From an uncultured delta proteobacterium (GTDB taxonomy: Bacteria > Desulfobacterota > RBG-13-43-22), in assembly GCA_963711835.1 (NCBI GenBank), contig CAVQFQ010000010.1:96001-160000 (forward strand): a DNA stretch of 64,000 nucleotides, written 5' to 3'. Positions 42,048 to 51,120 of the stretch are shown here, one piece after another (within the stretch, counting starts at the first letter, position 1; each line of letters begins with the position of its first letter). Position numbers and translations under genes: made by a program. The notes beneath the pieces were generated by a model. It made no database searches. It was not told the DNA's origin and saw nothing but the letters and a program-made list of their open reading frames with translations.

Positions 42048-43610
42048 ATGGCGACTGATCCCCATCCCCGGTCAACCGTTTTTGTCATTCTGGGTATAGG
42101 CGGAGATCTGGCCTGGCGCAAGCTGATCCCGGCCCTCTATGACCTCTTTCTGGAAAACCGGCTGCCCGAAAAATACCTGATCATCGGCCTGGGCCATAAA
42201 TCCCTGGAGGACGAGGCCTTTAGCGAACACCTGCGCCAGGGTGTGAAGCAATTCTCCCGGCACAAAGAAACGGACGGCCAGGGCTGGAAGACCTTTCTCT
42301 CCCATTTCATCGTCCAAAACGCCGACTTCGGGGACCCTCAGGTCTATGCCCAATTGGCCAGGCAGCTTTCCGGCCTGGATAAGGAATGGGAGACCAAGGC
42401 CATCCGAATTTTTTATCTGGCCGTGCCGCCCAAAGCCATTGCAACCATTGTGGAACAGATCGGCAGGGCCCGGATCGCCAGGGAACGGGAACGGACTCGG
42501 GTTGTAATCGAAAAACCCTTCGGCCATGATCTGGCTTCGGCCAGATCACTCAATAAAATCCTAAATCAGGTCTTCGAGGAATCCCAGATTTATCGGATTG
42601 ATCACTACCTGGGAAAGGAAACCGTCCAGAATATCCTGGCCTTCCGTTTTGCCAACGCCCTCTTTGAACCGGTCTGGAACCGGCGTTACATCGATCACGT
42701 ACAGATTACCGTGGCCGAGCAGGTCGGCGTGGAACACCGCGGCCATTACTATGACCAGGCCGGGGCCCTGCGGGACATGATTCAGAATCACCTCATTCAG
42801 ATCCTGTGTTTGATCGCCATGGAGCCGATGATCTCTTTTGAAGACAACGAGATCCGAAACAAAAAAGTGGATGTCCTCCACGCCATCCGCCTGATCCCGG
42901 CGGATGAAATCCATAAGGTTGTGGTTCGAGGCCAATACGATGCCGGATGGATCGAAGGAGAACACGCCCCGGCCTATCGCAGCGAAGTGAATGTTTCCCC
43001 CGAATCCTCCACCGAGACCTACGCGGCCGTCAAACTCTTCCTGGACAACTGGCGCTGGCAGGATGTACCTTTTTATCTGCGTACCGGAAAACGGCTGCCG
43101 GCCAAGGTTTCCGAAATCAATATCCAGTTTCGGCCGGTTCCCCATCAGATCTTCCCCTCCTCGACGGTTTTGGATTGGAGGCCCAACCGCCTGCTCATTT
43201 CCATCCAACCTCTGGAGGGAATTTTGCTTCGCTTCCAGGCCAAACACCCCGGGGAGACGATGCGCTTAAGCCCGGCGGATATCCAGTTCTATTACCAGGA
43301 GGCCTTTAAGGTCCCCCTGCCCGAGGCCTACGAAACCCTGCTTCTGGATATGATGCTGGGGAATGCCGCCCTCTTCATGCGCGCCGATGAGGCGGAGGCG
43401 GCCTGGGCCGCCATTTCTCCGATCATGGAAGCCTGGGAAGCGGTCGTCCCGGCCAATTTTCCCAATTACCAGGCCGGCACCTGGGGCCCGGAGGCGGCTG
43501 AATATTTGATAGCCCGGGACGGGCGGAGTTGGATCATGCCCAGCCTGCGCCGCTACCAAGAAGTCCTGCTCCGCTGCCAGGTCCCGGAGGGAAAACGCCC
43601 GGAGATTTAA
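42048..43610 (+). CDS. zwf: glucose-6-phosphate 1-dehydrogenase
   Basis: [34 protein letters not shown]. Confidence 0.96.
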   Translation: MATDPHPRSTVFVILGIGGDLAWRKLIPALYDLFLENRLPEKYLIIGLGHKSLEDEAFSEHLRQGVKQFSRHKETDGQGWKTFLSHFIVQNADFGDPQVYAQLARQLSGLDKEWETKAIRIFYLAVPPKAIATIVEQIGRARIARERERTRVVIEKPFGHDLASARSLNKILNQVFEESQIYRIDHYLGKETVQNILAFRFANALFEPVWNRRYIDHVQITVAEQVGVEHRGHYYDQAGALRDMIQNHLIQILCLIAMEPMISFEDNEIRNKKVDVLHAIRLIPADEIHKVVVRGQYDAGWIEGEHAPAYRSEVNVSPESSTETYAAVKLFLDNWRWQDVPFYLRTGKRLPAKVSEINIQFRPVPHQIFPSSTVLDWRPNRLLISIQPLEGILLRFQAKHPGETMRLSPADIQFYYQEAFKVPLPEAYETLLLDMMLGNAALFMRADEAEAAWAAISPIMEAWEAVVPANFPNYQAGTWGPEAAEYLIARDGRSWIMPSLRRYQEVLLRCQVPEGKRPEI

Positions 43611-43647
43611 GCGGCCGAGGCGACTCGATAAAAGGAGGAGGGGATCT

Positions 43648-45480
43648 ATGGAGCTCATAGAAAAATTAGAGAAGATAGCCAGGCTGATCCGTTACTACTC
43701 CCTGGTTTCGACTACGACAGCCGGCTCCGGTCATCCCACTTCCTCCCTGTCGGCCGCAGATCTGATGACCGCATTACTTTTTGGCGGCATTTTTCGTTAT
43801 GATCCGGATCACCCGGATTTTCCCAACAACGACCGCCTCCTCTTCTCCAAAGGTCATGCCTCCCCTCTCTTTTATGCCCTTTGGGCGGCCGGCGGAGAAG
43901 TGAGCCAAGAGGAGATGATGTCCTTGAGAAAATTCGGCAGTCCTCTGGAGGGTCATCCGACGGCGGCCTTTCGCTACACCGAGGCGGCCACCGGCTCCCT
44001 GGGACAAGGGCTCCCCATTGGACTGGGGATGGCCCTCAATGCCAAATATCTGGATCGGCTTCCCTACCGGACCTATATCCTTCTGGGAGACAGCGAGATG
44101 GCCGAAGGCTCCCAGTGGGAGGCCATGGAGATCGCCGCCCATTATAAATTGAACAACCTGATCGGGGTGATTGATGTTAATCGACTCGGCCAACGCGGAG
44201 AAACCCTCTTCGGCCACGATCTGAAGGCCTACCAAAAACGGGTTAATGCCTTCGGCTGGAAGACCATCCTGATTGACGGCCATGACTTTGAACAAATCCT
44301 GACGGCCTATCAAAAAGCCCTGGCTTCAAAAAACAGGCCGGTCATGATCATCGCCAGGACCATCAAAGGCAAGGGCGTCCCTTTTATTGAGGATAAAAAC
44401 GGCTGGCATGGGAAGGCCCTTAATCAGGAAGAACTCAAGCGGGCGCTTTCCGGGCTGGGAGAGGTGGATAAGACCATCCGAGGGGAATTCGCCAAACCGG
44501 AAGCGCGGTGGCCGGAGAAACGGGCTGTCGGGAAAAGGGAAGAACCCTTTTACGAAGCGGGCAAGCCGGTGGCCACCCGGAAGGCTTACGGCCAGGCCCT
44601 GAAAAGGATCTTTCCCCAGTATCCGGAAATGGCCGTGCTCGATGCCGAGGTGAGCAATTCAACCTATTCCGAGATCTTTCAACAGGCCTATCCCGACCGG
44701 TTCTTTGAGATGTATATCGCCGAACAGAACATGGTCGGTACGGCCCTGGGCCTTTCCAGCCGGGGGAAAATCCCCTTCGTGTCCACTTTTGCCGCCTTCT
44801 TCAGCCGGGCCTTTGACCAGATCCGGATGAGCCAGTATTCAGCCGCGAATATCAAATTTTGCGGTTCCCATGCCGGGGTTTCGATCGGGGAGGACGGCCC
44901 TTCGCAAATGGGACTGGAAGATATCGCCCAATTTCGGACCGTTTCAGGCTGCGCCGTCCTGTATCCCTCCGACGCCTACTCGACCGAACGGCTGGTGGAA
45001 GAGGCCGCCGCCAACCAGGGGATGGTTTATCTCCGGACCACCCGGATGGCCACCCCGATCCTCTATTCCCCGGAAGACCGTTTTTTTATCGGCGGATCGA
45101 AGGTCTTGAGGGAATCGGCCCGGGATGCCCTTACCGTCGTGGCCGCTGGCATCACCCTTTTCGAAGCCCTTCAGGCCTATGAGGATTTGAAAGCCGAGGG
45201 CCTTTACCTGCGCATCATCGACCTCTACAGCATCAAACCGCTGGATGAGACCACCCTGAAACAGGCGGCCGGAGAAACCCGGGTGCTGATAACCGTGGAG
45301 GACCATCATCCGGAAGGCGGGCTGGGAGAGGCGGTCCGGAGCGCCCTGGCCGGACTAGCGGTTCCCATTTATTCCCTGGCGGTACGAAGAATCCCGGGAA
45401 GCGGAAAGCCGGTGGAGCTTCTGGCCTACGAAGAAATTTCCAAGGGCGCGATCATCAAAAAGGTTAAGGAGGTGTTATGA
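43648..45480 (+). CDS. tkt: transketolase (short, ~610-aa type)
   Basis: SGHPTS, SKGH, LEGHP, TGSLGQG, GDSE...N TPP motif, HGK, GEDGPSQ, EDH. Confidence 0.93.
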   Translation: MELIEKLEKIARLIRYYSLVSTTTAGSGHPTSSLSAADLMTALLFGGIFRYDPDHPDFPNNDRLLFSKGHASPLFYALWAAGGEVSQEEMMSLRKFGSPLEGHPTAAFRYTEAATGSLGQGLPIGLGMALNAKYLDRLPYRTYILLGDSEMAEGSQWEAMEIAAHYKLNNLIGVIDVNRLGQRGETLFGHDLKAYQKRVNAFGWKTILIDGHDFEQILTAYQKALASKNRPVMIIARTIKGKGVPFIEDKNGWHGKALNQEELKRALSGLGEVDKTIRGEFAKPEARWPEKRAVGKREEPFYEAGKPVATRKAYGQALKRIFPQYPEMAVLDAEVSNSTYSEIFQQAYPDRFFEMYIAEQNMVGTALGLSSRGKIPFVSTFAAFFSRAFDQIRMSQYSAANIKFCGSHAGVSIGEDGPSQMGLEDIAQFRTVSGCAVLYPSDAYSTERLVEEAAANQGMVYLRTTRMATPILYSPEDRFFIGGSKVLRESARDALTVVAAGITLFEALQAYEDLKAEGLYLRIIDLYSIKPLDETTLKQAAGETRVLITVEDHHPEGGLGEAVRSALAGLAVPIYSLAVRRIPGSGKPVELLAYEEISKGAIIKKVKEVL

Positions 45481-46340
45481 AACCGGAAAACCTCAAGACC
45501 CGGATTTTCCTCGATGGCGGAAACCCGGAAGAGACCAGGGAGATAATCAGCCGCCTGGGGTTTCTCGACGGCCAGACCACCAATCCCACCCTCATTTCCA
45601 AGAACCCTGAAGTCCGCCGGCGCTTGGAGAAGGGAGGCAAATTTAGCGAAGAGGAGGTCACTCATTTCTACCGGCAGGTGGTCGAAGAGATTTCCAGGCT
45701 GATTCCCCAGGGGTCCATATCCATTGAAGTCTATGCCGACCCGACCACCACGGCGGAAAGAATGTTGGAGCAGGGCCAGGAAATGTTTTTCTGGATCCCC
45801 AATGGCCACATCAAATTTCCCTCCTCCTGGGAAGGATTGACTGCCGCCGAACTGGCCGTCCGAAAAGGGCTGCGGGTCAATATGACCCTCTGCTTCTCCC
45901 AGGAGCAGGCAGCGGCCGTTTACGCCGCCACCAGGGGGGCCAAAAAGGGGGAGGTCTTTGTCTCGCCCTTCATCGGCCGTTTGGATGATCGGGGAGAAAA
46001 TGGAATGGACCTGATCGCCCATATCCTCCGGATGTATGGGAAAGGGGACGGCCATGTGGAAGTCCTGACCGCCAGTGTCAGAAACATGGATCATCTGCTT
46101 TATGCCTTGAAGCTGGGATCGGATATCATCACCGCACCCGCGGCCATCTTGAAGCAATGGGGGGAACAGGGCCTCCCCCTTCCCGATGCGGAGTATGGCT
46201 ACGCTTCGCGGGGCTTAAAAGCGATCCCTTATCGGGAGATCGACCTCAACAAAAAATGGCAGGAATTTGACCCTACCCACGAGTTGACGATCCAGGGTAT
46301 GGAAGGATTTTCCAAGGACTGGAATGCCTTGATACAATAG
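45477..46340 (+). CDS. tal: transaldolase
   Basis: FLD, TTNPT, SIEV, IKFP (Schiff-base Lys), NMTLCFS, SPFIGR, ASVR. Confidence 0.88.
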   Translation: MKPENLKTRIFLDGGNPEETREIISRLGFLDGQTTNPTLISKNPEVRRRLEKGGKFSEEEVTHFYRQVVEEISRLIPQGSISIEVYADPTTTAERMLEQGQEMFFWIPNGHIKFPSSWEGLTAAELAVRKGLRVNMTLCFSQEQAAAVYAATRGAKKGEVFVSPFIGRLDDRGENGMDLIAHILRMYGKGDGHVEVLTASVRNMDHLLYALKLGSDIITAPAAILKQWGEQGLPLPDAEYGYASRGLKAIPYREIDLNKKWQEFDPTHELTIQGMEGFSKDWNALIQ

Positions 46341-46382
46341 GGTTCGAGGTGCCAAAGGGTCAAGGATTCAAAGGAAAAACTG

Positions 46383-46853
46383 ATGAAAAACGCCGAAGGT
46401 TTACTTGGACCCTCATTGAGAGTCGGCCTGGAGCCCTTCAATGTCAGCGGCAGCTTATCTCCCTGGGAAGCGGGTCTCCCGGCCCTTTTCCTATACGGCC
46501 TGATGATCCTGGTTTTAATGGTCCTCCTTCTTTTCCTTTCTTCCTGGCTCGGAGAAAAGAAAATCACTGCGAATAAAGAGCTGCCCTTTGAATGCGGTAT
46601 TATTCCGACCGGACCGGCGCAGATCAACTATCCCGTTCCTTTTTACCGGGCGGCTGTTTTTTTCCTTATTTTCGACGTAGAGGTGGTCTTCATCTTTGCC
46701 TGGGCCGTGGCCATCCTGGAGTTGGGATGGTCCGGTTGGCTCCAGATTTCTTTTTTCATTGTGCTCCTGCTGGCCGGCCTTTTTTATATCTGGAAGAAAC
46801 AGGGATTGGAGTGGGTACAAGGTCTTGAAAACCTTCGATCAGCTCAAAAATAA
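46383..46853 (+). CDS. nuoA: complex I subunit A
   Basis: PFECG, FLIFDVE, three TM segments. Confidence 0.93.
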   Translation: MKNAEGLLGPSLRVGLEPFNVSGSLSPWEAGLPALFLYGLMILVLMVLLLFLSSWLGEKKITANKELPFECGIIPTGPAQINYPVPFYRAAVFFLIFDVEVVFIFAWAVAILELGWSGWLQISFFIVLLLAGLFYIWKKQGLEWVQGLENLRSAQK

Positions 46854-49282
46854 GGCCCTGGACCGAATGGACCTGCTGGTCAACTGGTCGCGGAAGTACA
46901 GCCTCTGGCCCGCCTTTTTCGGACTATCCTGCTGCTTTATCGAAGAGTCGACGGCCCTGACCCCCCGCTATGATATGGCCCGTTTTGGGGCCGAGGTCCT
47001 GCGCGGTTCGCCCCGCCAGTCCGATCTCCTGATCACCTCGGGAACCATTTTTAAGAAAGTGGCCCCGGCCATTTTGCGGTTTTATGAACAGATGGCCGAG
47101 CCCAAGTGGGTCATCTCCATGGGCTCCTGCAGCAACTGCGGCGGGATGTATGACGGCTACAGTGTGGTCCAGGGCATTGATCAGATCTTGCCCGTAGATG
47201 TCTATATCCCGGGCTGTCCGCCGCGGCCCGAGGCCATGCTGGAGGGCTTGATTCTGCTTCAGAAAAAGATCGCATCGGAAAAGCCAAGCCGTTCCATCCT
47301 CCACCTACCCGGCGGCAGTCAAGGATCCCAAAAACCCCTTTTGGTTGACGGCCTGACCAAATCCAGGGATACCCGAGGTCCGGGCTATGAAGGCCTTCCC
47401 TTCCGAGGCACCTCCGTCACCCCCCCTCGATTTTGGGATAGCCGTTCCGACTTGATGTGGACGCCGCCGCCCCGCAGGATTGAACTGACGGCCCGGGACC
47501 GCTCCCTGGCCTCGGTGCTTAAGGAAAAGTTCGGCGAGGCCCTCAGTCAACCCCCCCAAACCTCAGATATGGTAACCTTTGAGGTAGCCGAGGGCCGGAT
47601 TAAAGAGGTCCTCCGTTTCCTGAAGACCGAATCCATCCCCAGATTCCTGCGCCTGGATGATCTGACCGCGGTGGATGAATCGGCCCGTCGGGGCAAGGGA
47701 AATTATGAGATCTATGATGGTACGGTGGGGAAAGAAATAGTCCGGGATAAGCCCCCCAGCCCGGATCTGCAAAAATACTCCGCGTATACTCTGGTCTATC
47801 ATTTACTTTCCTTCGAACCGGCCGGGCGCCTTCGTCTGAAGGTTCCTTTAACTGATAAAAACCCGGTAACCCCAACCATCACCGATATCTGGCCCTCGGC
47901 CAACTGGTACGAGCGGGAAGTCTTTGACCTCTTTGGGATCCGCTTTCAAGGACATCCGGATCTGCGCCGGATCCTCCTCCCCCACGACTGGGAAGGCCAT
48001 CCTTTACGAAAGGATTATCCGGGCCGGGCAACCGAGATGGCTCCCTACACCAAGGCCGAGGCTGAAAAATACCAGCCCCAGGACGCCGGGATCATCGTCC
48101 GGAAGGCCGGAGAAGAGGGCCAGGAAATGGTCTTGAACGTAGGCCCTCATCACCCGGGCTCGCACGGCCTGATCCGTTTTATCCTTTCCCTGGAGGGCGA
48201 AAGGATCTCCGACATCACCATGGACATCGGGTATCACCACCGTTCGGTGGAAAAGATCGGCGAGCACCAGTCCTGGCACCAATTCATTCCCTACACCGAC
48301 CGGGTGGATTATCTTTCCGGCGTTTACAATAACCTGGCCTACCTGAATTCGGTAGAAATCTTGACCGGGATCCAGGTCCCTGAACGGGCGCAATACATCC
48401 GGGTGCTGCTCGGTGAATTTTTCCGCCTGAGTAATCACCTGGTCTGGTTCGGCACCTTTCTGCAGGACCTGGGCGCCATCGGCCCGGTCTTTTACACCTT
48501 TCGGGACCGCGAAAAGATTATGGATATTATCGAGCTCATCACCGGGGGCCGGCTCCATCCCGCTTGGTTCCGAATCGGCGGGGTGGCCGACGACCTGCCC
48601 GAAGGCTGGAAAGAACCGATAGATGAGTTTGTAAAAATGTTTCCCGTCCCGTATCAAGGACTATGAGGCCCTGGCCACCCGGAACCCTATCTTCGAGGCC
48701 CGGACCAGGGGTATCGGGACACTGTCCCTGGAGCAGGCCATGGAATGGGGGGTAACCGGTCCCAACTTGCGGGCCTGCGGTCTCAATTGGGATTTACGTA
48801 AACAATTTCCCTATTCCTCCTATGAGCGGTTTGATTTTGACGTCCCCTATGAAAAGGAAGGGGACTGCTTTGCCCGCTACCGGATACGGGTCGAAGAAAT
48901 GCGCCAGAGCCTTCGGATCATCGAACAGGCCGCAAACAAGATGCCGGCCGGCCGTTATATCACCGACGATTACCGCTATGCCGTTCCCCGGAAAACCGAT
49001 ACCCTGAGGGATATCGAAAGCCTCATTCATCATTTTATTAATGTTACCCGGGGGCCGAAAATCCCCAGGGGCGAGGCCTATGCCGCGGTTGAGGCCCCCC
49101 GCGGAGAACAGGGCTATTATGTGGTCAGTGACGGTCTGCCCAGGGCTTACCGGATGCGGATCCGGGCCCCGGGGTTTGCCAACATCCAGGCTATGCCCCT
49201 GATGGCCCGGGGCGGTCTGGTGGCCGATCTGCTTTCCATTATCGGTTCTCTTGACTATATCATGCCGGATATCGATCGGTAG
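46825..49282 (+). CDS. nuoBCD: fused complex I subunits B-C-D; frameshift near 48645; start approximate
   Basis: [16 protein letters not shown] (B), [15 protein letters not shown] (C), [23 protein letters not shown] (D); removing one C in TTT CCC G joins the ORFs. Confidence 0.9.
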
Positions 49283-49293
49283 GAGGTCCAGAG

Positions 49294-49788
49294 GTGTTGT
49301 CTCAAGAAACCTTGGCTGTCCTCCGGCAAAAGATGACCGAGACCGATCATCCCCGTGAACTGGCCGTGGAGGTAATGTTCGCCATGCAGAAAGAGTACGG
49401 CTATCTCAGTGACGAGGCCCTTCAGGAAGGGGCTGGTCTCCTGGGCTTGACCCCCCTGGAATTGGAGGAAATCGCCACCTTCTACGATTTTATCTACCGG
49501 GAGCCGGTAGGAAAATACGTCATCCACGCCTGTGATGGAGTCGTCTGCTGGATGTTTGGGGAGGAATCCGTCGTGGCCTACCTTTGCCGGAAGTTGGGCG
49601 TTCGGGTGGGAGAAATCACCCCCGACGCCCTGTTCACCATACTGCCTTCGGCCTGCATTGGGTACTGTGATCATGCCCCGGCCATGCTGGTTAACGGGGT
49701 GCCTTACGGTCCGCTGACCCCCGATACAATTGATCAGATTCTGGAAAAACTTAAAGCCGGCCAGGAGACCCCGGTCCCGGATCGATAA
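49294..49788 (+). CDS. nuoE: complex I subunit E
   Basis: ATFY, CxxxxC...CxGxC..AP [2Fe-2S] motif. Confidence 0.92.
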   Translation: MLSQETLAVLRQKMTETDHPRELAVEVMFAMQKEYGYLSDEALQEGAGLLGLTPLELEEIATFYDFIYREPVGKYVIHACDGVVCWMFGEESVVAYLCRKLGVRVGEITPDALFTILPSACIGYCDHAPAMLVNGVPYGPLTPDTIDQILEKLKAGQETPVPDR

Positions 49789-49793
49789 TCGAT

Positions 49794-51065
49794 ATGTCCG
49801 AACAGGTGCTCCTGAAAAATGATCAACCCGGTCAACCGATCCGATTGGCGGCCTATCGTCAGAGCGGCGGTTATCAGGCCTTAGCGGACGCCCTCGGCAA
49901 GCATACTCCCCAGGAGGTCAAACAGATCGTCCTTAGTTCCGGTCTGCGGGGCCGCGGCGGGGCGGGTTTTCCCACCGGACGCAAATGGTCTCTGGTGGCC
50001 GATGATGCGCTTTTCCCGAGATATATCGTTTCCAACATGGATGAGATGGAGCCCGGGACCTTCAAGGATAGAACCCTGGTATCGGTCAATCCGCATAGCG
50101 TCCTCGAGGGGATGATCATCGCCTCCTATGCGGCTTCCGCGGAAAGAGGCTTTTTCTTTATCCGCCCTGCCTACGAAAGCGTGGCCGGGATATTCGAGAC
50201 GGCCCTGGAGGAGGCCAGGGGAGCGGGCCTTTTAGGCAAGAACATCCTGGGGAGCAACCATTCCTTTCATATCGTTCCCCATCGAAGTGCTGGCCGATAT
50301 ATTTGCGGAGAGACCAAAGGCCTTATTCATGCCCTGGAAGGAAAAAGACCTCATCCCAATATAGAAGGACACCTCACCTCGGAAGGACTTTGGGGCCGGC
50401 CCACCTTGGTCAACAATGCCGAAACCCTGGCCTACGTGCCCTATATCCTGAAGAACGGCCCCGAGTGGTTTCGAAACCTGGCCCGGACCAAGACCGCCGC
50501 CGGCAACAAGATCTACACCGTCAGCGGCCGGGTCACCCATCCCGGTTGTTTTGAACTGCCCTTCGGGACCCCTTTATCTGAAATCATCGAAGAACAGGCC
50601 GGAGGAATGCAACCCGGATATGAATACAAAACCTGCTTGCCGGGGGGGGCCTCGACCCGGTATGTGCCTAAAGAATTTTACGATATTGAGATGGATTTTG
50701 ATTCGTTTAAAAAAATGGGTCCGGGCCATCGCTTGGGAACCGGGGCCATTGTGGTCTTCGATCATAAAACCTGCCTGGTGGGGGCCACCTTGAACCTGAT
50801 ACAATTTTTTGCCCGGGAATCCTGCGGCTTTTGTACCCCCTGCCGCGAAGGACTGCCCTACTTAGAGGATCTGCTCCGGCGCCTTGAAGAAGGAGAGGGA
50901 AAGGAAGAATTTATCCCCAGCCTGCTGCGGATGAGCGAACACCTGTCCAAGTCTTACTGTGCCTTTGCCCCCGGGGCGGCAACGCCGGTCAGGGGGCTGG
51001 TGGATGACTTTGTCGAGGAAATTCACGAACACATTTCCCAAAAGAAGTGCCCCTTTAAAACGTAA
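49794..51065 (+). CDS. nuoF: complex I flavoprotein subunit F with atypical nucleotide-binding motif
   Basis: [35 protein letters not shown]. Confidence 0.93.
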   Translation: [423 protein letters not shown]

Positions 51066-51120
51066 AGGGTAACAGGCCTTTAATCCTGATCCACTAAAGG
51101 CTTTCAGGTAATCAACGGAA

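Noticed and set aside
48640-48740. TGA ending the first nuoBCD ORF as a second selenocysteine, or a true split nuoD
   Set aside because: The TGA is out of frame after a one-base insertion and does not align with a Cys; the same applies to the TGAs at 11072 and 22284.
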